A stretch of 37,076 bases of DNA from Folioceros fuciformis (lineage: Eukaryota). Location of the stretch: NCBI GenBank assembly GCA_049999805.1, contig JBNGIO010005977.1:1-37076 (forward strand). Direction: 5' to 3'. Of this stretch, positions 21,658 to 31,401 are shown piece after piece (position 1 is the first letter of the stretch; each line of letters starts with the position of its first letter). A program made the translations under genes and the position numbers. A model generated the notes under the pieces. It worked only from the letters and a program-made list of their open reading frames with translations. It made no database searches and was not told the origin of the DNA.

Positions 21658-23012
21658 CACAGCAGCCCAATTGTAGCCTCTGGATACACTACTCGATCAA
21701 CAGCTTCTTCACTGCTACTGTTGTCGTACCGATGGCATCCAATTGAAGTCTTGTCCACGGGTGAAGTAATTTCGTGGTAACTACTCGCTTTTTCCCTTCC
21801 TGCCATCTTTGTCAATGTCGTGAGGTAGGACTGCTAATATCCGGTACACGCGGTGTTTTCCGCACATAGCAAGTGGAACATGACTCTAGAGATACACATT
21901 TGTATATGGAGCTATGGAAACCTAAACCCTACAAATATAAGTAGGTATTAGCATCTCTATTAGCTCTAGACAGGACCCAAGAGAGATTGGATACGAGGTG
22001 AGATAGAAAACCGTGAACATCAAGGATGAAAGATAAATTGAGATAGGAACGGGAGTCTAGATTATGCTTCTCCATCCTTTGTGTTTATCTCCATCTCTTG
22101 TTTCCTGTCCTTTGTTTCTCTTGCTGTGGACATGAAGAACAAAGGATAAAGTAAGAAAGGAGCAAGAAACTGAATGATGCGTGTCCATCCTATGTGGTGC
22201 TCTGTTTATATCTCTTGTTTCCTATCCTTGTCTCCCTTGCCTCCAATCATGTTCAGTTGTGCCTTCCTCTTCTCTTGATTCATTGTTCTATCATGATTTT
22301 GCCTAATCTTTGTTGTTTCTATCTCTCTTCTCTATTGTTTGATTTGGAGTCCTATCTTCATTCCCTACAGTTTTCTTTGAAGCTGTTTTCTCTACTGATC
22401 ACGTCTTTTCAGCTCATTTTAGCTTTCTCTTCAAAGTACTCACTCTTGTTGCCTTCATTTCTTGTTTCTTGAGTCTATTTCTTGCTTGTGCTGCTTGTCT
22501 TCTGATGCTATTAGCCATGCAACACTAACCAATGCAAGAGCTACATGCTTTAAATTAAAAGTTTGTAGTTACAGATGTTCAAATGTTCTGTTGAGACTTG
22601 TGAGTATGTTAAAGTCTTTCGACGCTGGTAAAAGAAGACAAAATTCTAACCTAATTAGATACAAGAGATAAGAGAGACCATACGGAAGACAAGGAACCTT
22701 TGTTGAATGAAGACAAAATTCTAACGTAAATAAATGCAAGAGAGTTTGGACAGGAGACAAGACAAACTCTCGAAGAGAGAGATTGCAGACATGAAGATGA
22801 GCGTATGTTTACATAGAAGCAGGAAGCTCCATGTTTGACCATCCTTTGTGTTTGATTTCGCTCTCTCTTGCTTCCCTCTCCTTGTCTTGTTTACCTCCTT
22901 TTCTTTTTCCCTTACCTCTCCTCGTTGTGAGTTCTATGTTCATCTTCTCTATTATCCCCCAATACTATTCGAATTTCACCTAATCTATTGTCTCTACTAC
23001 CATTTTATTGAA

Positions 23013-23160
23013 AGTAGTGACACCTCGACTGGAGTCGCTGAGCCCGTCTCTCTGCCATAGTCATCGTCTCGAGTAGTGACACCTTGACTGGAATCGTAGA
23101 CCCACCTCACCTGCCACTATCATCGTCTTGATGTAGTGAAACCTCGACTAGAGTCGCTAC
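23013..23160. repeat. ~59-bp tandem repeat, ~2.5 copies
   Basis: agtagtgacacctcgactggagtcg..ctgcca..tcatcgtct units at 23013, 23072, ~23132. Confidence 0.88.
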
Positions 23161-23220
23161 CATTGTTATCCGAAGTACCCTAAACCCTCTCCTTCCATTG
23201 TTATCGAAGGAGAGGAGCTT

Positions 23221-23453
23221 GGAGCTTGGTGTCATCGTTCCGAGTAGTCAGGAGCTTGATGTCATTGTCCCGAGCAGATGGAGCTTGATGTCGTCGTCCC
23301 GAGTAGATAGGAGCTTGTCATCGTCCCCAGTAGATAGGAGCATGATGTCATTGTCACGAGCAGATGGAGCTTGATGTCATCGTTCCGAGTAGATAGGAGC
23401 TTGATGTCATCGTCCCGAGCAGGTGGAGCTTGATGTCATCGTCCAGAGGAGAT
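23221..23453. repeat. 27-30-bp minisatellite, 8 copies (ggagcttgatgtcatcgtcccgagtagata)
   Basis: Units at 23221, 23251, 23280, 23310, 23337, 23366, 23396, 23425. Confidence 0.95.
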
Positions 23454-23883
23454 GGATCGTAATTATAATTGCTAGAATCCGATTTAGGCTTCTGGGTGAA
23501 GGTGGGCAACCATCTGTTTACAAGGACGGTGTTACGAAGTTCAACGAAGGTCGTGCTCGAGGTTTCACAGTTAGGCCAGAGAGGGCTTGGATATGTAAGT
23601 AAACCAAGCGTAGGCCGGGTCGTATACGTGAGTCTTTATTCCTTGTTTATGCAGAATCCTCCTGCCTTACTGGACTCGAAAAACTGGTCTGTTAGCTGCA
23701 CTAAATGAGCGACAGTCGCGTCACTAGCGGGTATTCCAAGTTTATGTGACCAAAAATGAGTACTGGTCTATGAGCTGCACTACTTGGGCAAGCGGCCGCC
23801 ACATTTCTACAAAGTTGAACTGGTTACTTCAGTTGAAGTAACCAAAACTGAGTGGCGCGCTCTTCATCAGAAATCCGGTTCTG

Positions 23884-25596
23884 CTATACCTTGATGTGAT
23901 AATAATCTGCATCGAAGTGGTGCACACGCACATAACCGTCCTCTCCACCACTTGAAAAACTGCAACAGAAACGATAGTTCACACATCAGCCCCAGTCGGT
24001 CGTAAGCAGCGCTGCCTTCAGTAAAGCTGACTAGGTATGAACACGATAGCATTCACGTTCTTTCTAAATACATACCTTCTTCCATCAGGATTGAATGCCA
24101 GAGCATTTATAGGACCGAAATGTCCTTTTACACCACCGATCTCCTCCTCAAAAACCTGCCAAACAACGCCGCTCAAGAACCGTCTGGTTGAGATCGTAGA
24201 AAACATGATTTACGCTCACTACACGATACCTTATGGAAAAATTTAGCCTCAAACTTTCCGGCTCGGCGATCACTAGTTGTCACCATAGAAGCCTCTTGCC
24301 CACCACCAATAACCACCTGGGATAATCAGAACAGCAAAGTGTCAAGCCAATGGCAAGTATGGAAAACACACAAAGGCTTCAAACCTTATCACCATTTGTC
24401 TTACATGATCAAGAAGAGGGGAGATGGCAGCTGCATTCACTGGTCTCTCAGTGCTGTACGTTTTCAAAAGTTGGAGAGTTCTTGTGTCCCACAGCTGTCC
24501 ACCACATCCAAGGACATCTCAGATATACACTTACTATCCTGCATCAGGACAATGTGTAGTAATCCTTGAGCTGATTTCAATGGTGGACAACACATACTTT
24601 TGCACTTTTGTCGTGTGAACCAGTAATGAAGTGAGATCCATCAGCTGATTTAGCCAGAGACGAAATAACTTTGCTGTGACCAGTCTCGTGATCGCTTTCC
24701 CTCAGCACTTCACCTGTCTGCAACCAGCAATAATGTCAGGCTGCGGCAAACAAACTACTCAGCATAATCGTTGCAAGCAATCAACTGCTTGCGGCGTTCA
24801 GCAAAGAAACCTATGGTAGCTTTGATCTCAGAAAGCAAACCGCACCCTTGCATCCCAAATTCGCACTATCCCATCCTCTCCAGCACTGATGATTGTCTGA
24901 TTCAACGGTCCCCAGACCACTCTGTTAATTCGTCCTTGAGGACCTGTGAGTGTCATTATTGACTCGGTACTCTCTGTCACCCACACGCAAAACGCAGTAT
25001 ACATATCAGAAAACCACTCCCATCCTTGTAGCCCCATAGCAAACCAGAATAAGAATCAACTCACTTCCATCAACCGCCTTCACATGGATGGCTGGAGGGT
25101 TCCCCACGAAAGGATCCGTGCTGATCAAGGCTAATTTATCTCCCTCCGAAAAATCCACAGCTCGAGCAGGCGAATCGAAACTATAAGTCTCCAGGACAGT
25201 ACCCGTCTCCGTGTCCCAGAGTTTGGAAGATTGGTCAGCCGACCCCGTGATTAACTTTTCAGTATGCCCTACAGCCACCCAGACGCCAAATGGCTCCACC
25301 GGCGTTAATACCTCCTCCCGTTCCGAGTTCAGAACCTACGCCCCTGCAACCTGCCAATTGCACCGCCTCCTCCACTCCAATTGCCCGACCAAATGAAGCC
25401 AAATGCACTTACTGGATACATCGCAGCACCAGACCGCTCCGTTGTGACTTCGGTACGTGCCCAGCCGCTCCCCGTTGTGTGCATACCAAACAGTAGGGTC
25501 GTGATCCTTGGCACAAGAGAACAGCAGATCCCCGTCTCGATTATACTTAAGGAACGTGAGGGGCCTCTCATGGCCCTTCAAGAGAATCGGCCTCAT
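23884..25596 (-). CDS. EIF3I: Eukaryotic translation initiation factor 3 subunit i (eIF3i/TRIP-1, WD40)
   Basis: 8 exons (minus): 25596-25413, 25268-25065, 24973-24846, 24717-24598, 24494-24405, 24316-24230, 24155-24076, 23959-23884, all GT-AG and in frame. [32 protein letters not shown] ... [49 protein letters not shown]. Confidence 0.96.
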
Positions 25597-25920
25597 CACG
25601 GCAGCCGACGCAGCCGAGGGCCTCAGCTGTAGCGTCCGAATCACAAGTCCACCAGCGGCTTCTTCAAGTGACTTCCTTGCCTGGTTAGGGCATCGAATAT
25701 GATACTTTTTACGTCGCTTTTAATTAGGGTCTATGATCAATGCTATTCTTCCCCTAAAGCCGCGGGTGAACAACTAAGACGAATTCAACATCTCAGTTTC
25801 ACTGAAAGGTTCCATCCAAGTCTGTTTTGTTTGTTCAGCGGTCTTGACGAACAACCTAAAACTTGTAGAGAGGTTTAGTCCTAATAACTCAACAGAAAGC
25901 ACAAATTGCAGGTATGATCC

Positions 25921-27267
25921 TCAAGCCATGCTAAGAGAAAGCCTACGAGGATATCTGATAGTGTGCCGTCTAAGCCAGAGCTCGAACATCACCATGTGGA
26001 AGGCATCGTATTGGACAGGATAATCGTTCCATGTGAGATGGTGGCTAAGTTGCATACCCAGTTCCTGCATTCTCTTGTAGTCAGGCTCTGGTACCCCTGC
26101 GAGTAAGCTCCTCAGCCTGCCAGCGTCCTCAAGCCGGACGAGAAGAGCAACCTGATGCCAGTCTATAATGTCCTGAAATGGCATGTAGTGGAAGGGGTGC
26201 CTGGACATGAGAACAGGAACACAACCCAGCTGAAGCATGTCGACCATGTTCCACATGTCCTGCTTCTCGAAGCTCAAGCAGAACTTGCTGTTGGACATGG
26301 CTCTCCATTCTGATGGGAGGCTGCTTGCAGAAACGGACACAAACTCGGAATCTTCCTTCCATGAACCAAATGCATTAGCCAGAGCGGGGTCAGAGTCGAT
26401 GTTTCCTGCAAAAAGGAGATGCTTCCGCTCGGCCGTCGTAATGCCTTCCAGGTGGACGCCTGCTTGTCCATGTTGAGTCCATGTGACGAGGCTTGGCATG
26501 CTGAAATCTTTGTGGGGATGCAGCTCGGTAGTTTCTCCAGGATGGCAGGCAATGCGGATGGAATTCTTGTGCAGCTCTAACGCCGTTCTGCTGTTGACTT
26601 GGCAGAAGTCGTGACAAGAGATGATCACGTGGTCTGCGCCCAGTGTCCTCTGCCAGTAGGGATTGGCGTCTCGGAGTTCATCCACGTAACCCTTGAAGTA
26701 GTGTGGCACTTCGGAAGGCCCCTGGTCCGGCGACTCCCAGATACGTCTTGCTGAAAGTGGGATCAGGAAGAGGTCCGCTTTCTCAGGGTCGTTTGTGACA
26801 AATGTGCTGGACAGGAGATGCTTGAAGAAGATGTCCTCCGCGTAGTGATCTGTTGAGGACTTGGCAAACAAGGTGAAGCCATGATATTTGCTATCAGGAG
26901 GCGGATCAGGGTAGATGAAGATCTTCAGCTTGGACAACATCTGAAGGTAGCTCAAGAAAAAGGAATCGGGGGAGTGATAGAGACCAGGCCTTCTCGTCTC
27001 AGCACCTAGCAGCCTTCGACTGATACTGGCACCAGGAATTGCAGGCGCAGTAGAAACAAAGCAACTATTGCTCAGTTCATCATTTTCGGAGCAGGAATGC
27101 AGCATTCCCCTACCGACAATCCAATGATGCAGCATTCCCCTTCCAACAATCCCTAGAATTGAGCACAAACACACCAACACCAACATCAACACTAGAAACG
27201 ACATCTTCCCTTTGCTATTGTCATTGCGAGTGACATGTGCTGTAGACAGTTGCGGACTCTTGGCCAT
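25921..27267 (-). CDS. Exostosin-family (GT47) glycosyltransferase-like type II membrane protein, intronless, degenerate signature
   Basis: ATG at 27267; N-terminal TM (FLVLMLVLVCLCSILGIVG); YHSPDSFFLSYLQMLSKLKIFIYP, FVTNDPEKADLFLIP, PYWQRTLGADHVIISCHD, SKFCL..GCVPV, MPFQDIIDW, YDAFHMVMFELWLRR. Confidence 0.9.
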   Translation of the reverse strand: MAKSPQLSTAHVTRNDNSKGKMSFLVLMLVLVCLCSILGIVGRGMLHHWIVGRGMLHSCSENDELSNSCFVSTAPAIPGASISRRLLGAETRRPGLYHSPDSFFLSYLQMLSKLKIFIYPDPPPDSKYHGFTLFAKSSTDHYAEDIFFKHLLSSTFVTNDPEKADLFLIPLSARRIWESPDQGPSEVPHYFKGYVDELRDANPYWQRTLGADHVIISCHDFCQVNSRTALELHKNSIRIACHPGETTELHPHKDFSMPSLVTWTQHGQAGVHLEGITTAERKHLLFAGNIDSDPALANAFGSWKEDSEFVSVSASSLPSEWRAMSNSKFCLSFEKQDMWNMVDMLQLGCVPVLMSRHPFHYMPFQDIIDWHQVALLVRLEDAGRLRSLLAGVPEPDYKRMQELGMQLSHHLTWNDYPVQYDAFHMVMFELWLRRHTIRYPRRLSLSMA

Positions 27268-27423
27268 TGTGTGAGGCTTGTGGTGGACCAGGCAAAAGCT
27301 CAGATCCAAAGAGACACGGCACAATTAGCGGCACAGGTCTGGCTCTCGGGCCAGGCCAGCCCCTGGGCCGATACGTGAGCGAGGCGAAGGGGATGAAAGC
27401 CATGTTCCTTTCTAGTATGGTTG

Positions 27424-29755
27424 CTAAGTCGTTGACGTGTTCTTTTTCACGACTGCCTCGTCGTGACTGCTTACGTCCGCAAGAGATGTCATGTTGTCCG
27501 GGAGTGAGGAGGTTTTAAAAACCTGAATCCCGTGTGATTGTGGTGCGTTTTGTGCAACGGTTGTCTTGTACTTGTACCACCAGGCGCACGCAATGAAGGC
27601 CAAAAAGTTGAAGGCGCTGATGATCGCGAGAATCCAGTAAAAGTTGTAAAGCTTTCCCCGGTTGAAATTGCCTTCAAGCCAGCCAGGGTGAGAGTGGGAT
27701 CGGGTGCACCTGTTGACTGTTTCCACCAGGAAGGTGCTTGTGAAGTAGCCGACGGAGATGGTGCTGAGGCACAACCCAGTGGCCATGCTTCGCATTGGAG
27801 CAGGCGCCTCGTTGTAGAAGAAATCCAGCTGGCCTACGTAGGTGAATGCCTCGCTAGCACCCACGAGAAAGAATTGAGGAAGAAGCCAGAAGACACTCAT
27901 GGGGATGGAAGGGTCGAAGACAGATCGCGCTTTGTGAACTCTCTTTGTTTCCACCCAGGCTGCAACTAACATGGCAAGGGCAGAGATAACGAGGCCAATT
28001 CCCATGCGCTGCAGGCTGGTGATGCCCTTGTCCAGCCCCGTGAACTGCCTTGTCACAGGGACGAATACCCGATCGTAGAAGATAACAGTGGACATCACAC
28101 CGATTTGGAGGAAGACTCCCACGGATGCCGGTGGGATGACGAAGTGGGACCCCAGTTGTCTGCGTAAAGTCTGCCCCTGCTCGACTGAGAAGGTGTGCAT
28201 CTGAGCATAGACGGTATAACACAGGCTTGTTGTGCACCAGATGGGGAGCATCTTCAGAAACTGTTTCACATCTTCGACTTGTGTTACTGTGCACATTTTC
28301 CATGGACTAATGGCGCTGTATTCCTCTGGCGAGCTGGCTTTCAATGGTATTGCAGCTCTGTCCAAACATCTGGTGGACAAGGAACAGGCTCAGCATTATT
28401 TGTGAGTTACAAAATATGCAAGCCGCAAATGAAGACAGATGTGACTCACCGAAATTGGTCCGTGTGCGGGACTCTGCTAAGGGAACCTTTGTGTGCGACT
28501 TCTTCGTCCCGTACTTCATGTAGCATGGCTGGGTCGGCAGGAAGTACAAGCTTGTAGTTCCTGACCGCAGCCACGAGGACCTTGGCTATTAAGGTTAGCG
28601 GGCTCCCTTGAACTATCTGGAACCTGTACAGAGGTACCCCTCCCCACAAGGCACACATTGCTATCAGCATGGTTGCCGCAGAAAATCCGAATCCCCATGC
28701 CCTGCCCATTTCATCCTGGTCACAAACCAGAAGACGCCGTCAGCTGCCAAGTTCACAGTGTGACACAGGATCAGTGAAGCAGTGCCTCTAGCATGGCCCA
28801 ATTCATGTTCTTGCCTGAATGTAGACGAAAATTGTGGCTGCAATCAAGGCTCCAAAAGAGATGAACAAGAAGAACCAGTTGAAGAAGTGAGCTTTCTCCT
28901 CCTTCTCTCGAGGGATATGATCGTCAAATTGGTCTGCTCCGAAGCTTGAAACACATGCTTTGATTCCACCATTGCCCACGGCTATGAGATAGAGCCCGAT
29001 GTAGAGCGACGATAGCACAAGTCCATGCGCTTCATGACAAGGGAGTTGAGTGCATTTAGGGGGTTTGAGCATCGGTAACGACGCTGAAAGAGTGAGCATC
29101 ACCATTCCCTGCAAACGCTTCCTGAAAGGCAATAAGTACACGCGCAGCGGCTTGGAACTGACAATCAAGCTTTGAACTCCGCCCGAGCGAAAGGAGGTGA
29201 GCCCTCACCAGACACTGGATTGCTGCTGCTGCAGCTATTGTCCTGAACCTGCCCAAGTAGGTATCTGCGACAAATCCTCCCAGCAGACACAAAACGTATG
29301 ACGTGCCCAGAAAATTTGTGACAATATTGGATGACTTCGCAATTGGTAGATGCATGTGTCCGACCAGGTACGTCACCAGATTTAACGTGATTGCAAACGT
29401 GGATAGCCTCTCACACATCTCAGCTCCTGCAAGACAAACGTACACTTAGAAGCTACAGGATCGTACATGTTGAGCTTGGGATCATGGCGAGTACACACCA
29501 AGAATCAGGGGAGCAGCCCTCCAGCCACCGGTCTTGGTAACGCTTGCCGGTTCTCCCCTGTAATCGACCAGTCCATTCGTTGCATATACGGGGGGTTCCC
29601 CGCAATCCAGACTTCTGGCATCGCAAGCCGCTGGGGCATCTTTTCTCTACAGAAAACCATAGTTCAGCGAAATGAAGGCCGTGAACGATAGGCATGGAGC
29701 AAATCCACGCATTTAGAAGATGGTGGGTACCGGTGTTTACCCATGGAGAAGACAT
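27424..29755 (-). CDS. NPF (NRT1/PTR) transporter, NPF6/NRT1.1-like, copy 3
   Basis: Exons (minus): 29755-29741 (MSSPW), 29646-29499, 29426-29209, 29108-28815, 28715-28450, 28369-27424. Intron 28814-28716 is GC-AG. TGGWRAAPLILG, EMCER, GTSYVLCLLGGFVADTYLGRFRT, GNGGIKACVSSFGADQFD, WKMCTVTQVEDVK, GQLDFFYNEAP. The first micro-exon is less certain. Confidence 0.93.
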
Positions 29756-30235
29756 CCTCTGATTCCTTGGTGAAGATCTAAAAATCTGAGTACTAGAATG
29801 AAGGAAATTTGTGCTCAGGGGCCGGCATTTGAAGAACTGGGATTGCAGGAGTGATCTCCCTTGTCCAAAGATGCAAGACAGGCTTCAAGAGGTGTCTGGA
29901 GCTCCGACCAGTGGCTCTCCCGACTGGCATGGCACTGAATACCAGGATTTCATATTCTGGGAAACCGTCACCCCCTGATTCCACTGCATGCCATTGGGAG
30001 CACAACAGACACGCTGCTGTACAAACGCAGAGGAGGGTTGTAGGTACCTGCTCTGCCGCGACATGCTGTCATTCAGCTTGATAGCTACTCTTTGCTGATT
30101 GTGTGAGCCGTGTGGTACGAGCACAGCACTCTAGAAGAGTCAAATCCACTCACAAGTTGCTCATGGGCAAGTTCTAATCTGCCTAGCTGACATCTGGACT
30201 CAACAAGACCATCAGAAAGATTCGTGTGCAAACTG

Positions 30236-31346
30236 CTAGTCCTTTGTTAAGACAGATGGGGACGCATCGATGACATCTCCATACCTGCGAAGCGTATATT
30301 CATGAAAGCTTTCACGAAACCTCGATGCTGCTTTTCTCAGTGTCCTCTGCATCTGTCGATAAGACAAGGGTGGTCGTTGGAGCCGAGGAAATATTTGCAA
30401 GGCATCGTCATAGTCCTCGGCTTCACAAACATTTAGATCGAGGCATTGAGAACGCAGGTCCTCGATGTTCACGGTTGGTAGGACCCAGTTCAGTGTTTTA
30501 AGGATATTTAATTCGCCGCTAATGTCAGTCACTCAGACTCTCCAATTGCCGAGCAATCACGATTATGTGGTGAGGCTAACAACTCCAACAGATTAGCATC
30601 CCCTGCAGGTGAATGGGGGAGGCTGGCTGGCAAACAGGCTACGGAGACCTCGTACAAGCTGCGACACATTGCAGACTAACTGATGCACATTGGTGAAACC
30701 CGGAGCCAGGGTCCAAGCCTGATTGTTGGGTTAGGTGGAGAAAAACACACGCTGTACATTGCATGTGTATGTACATACATCCTTATTCGCACGCAAGGCT
30801 CAGGATTGGGGGAGCTCATTCACGTGCATACTTTATTCGCTGGCAGTCACTTTCAGTTAAAGCCACAGGAGGCCGAAAGGGGGGCAAGGGGCCCGGCCGC
30901 CTTCCTGCGGCTGGCGTAGGTCTGATGTCATTTCTCAACCAGCTGTAGCATGCCAATAATGTGTGTAGGCCTGCATCCCAGGACCGTCCACTATCAGTGT
31001 TCGATATGAAGGGGTACCTGATACTGACCTCTTGCCAACAACTGAATTTTGCGGGTGAATTGTGACTGTACCAGAGTTTCTGGCACACGACGATCACGAT
31101 CCATCGCGTGGCACAGATGTCTGTCAGGCCAAGCGGCAGGCAGTCGTTCACCCACATGTCAAGCAAGGACCGTTCTGATTCACGTTGATCTAGTTCATTA
31201 TAGCTGGGAAGATACGGCTTGAACTCTGCTAGGATCACATCATCTGTAAAGCCTGTGCTCAACCTTCAAATCTCTTGCTTGCGTGACTACCTCCTGGCGC
31301 TCCTGTGGGGACAGGTCTTGGCGAGATATGCATACAGATATAGTTC
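30236..31346 (-). pseudogene. Decayed spliced gene of unknown family between NPF copies 3 and 4
   Basis: Protein-like segments in adjacent frames (QDLSPQERQEVVTQARDLKVEH / GFTDDVILAEFKPYLP..RIKYA; RDANLLELLASPH / TDISGELNILKTLNWVLPTVNIEDLRSQCLDL..) and a phase-compatible GT-AG intron 30823-30603; frameshifts are required to join them. Confidence 0.4.
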
Positions 31347-31401
31347 CTGCTAAGTTGAACACAACCAAGTCCAACCTCCACAGAGGATATCAAAGATATG
31401 T

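Larger units (their letters stand above)
21850..23700. mobile_element. Repeat-rich non-coding insertion between the eIF3i copies, probable TE/LTR remnant (boundaries approximate)
   Basis: Lower GC, alternating purine/pyrimidine tracts, dispersed repeats (ccatcctttgtgttt at ~22071 and ~22839; gaagacaaaattctaac at ~22634 and ~22709), two tandem arrays, telomere-like motifs. No transposase/RT ORF, TIR or TSD identified. Confidence 0.4.

Noticed and set aside
23013..23453. CRISPR-like look: ~24-30-bp repeats, one with a hairpin (cgactggagtcg)
   Set aside because: Intervening sequences are homologous to each other rather than unique spacers, the repeats are degenerate, there are no cas genes, and the context is eukaryotic.
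23709..23727. Helitron-like 3' end (gcgac-a-gtcgc hairpin then ctag)
   Set aside because: Stem is too short, spacing is atypical, the next base is not T, and no 5' TC end or RepHel was identified.
25269..25412. Highly conserved eIF3i intron 1 as host of a snoRNA
   Set aside because: No terminal C/D box pair or H/ACA layout seen; conservation is explained by duplication or conversion.
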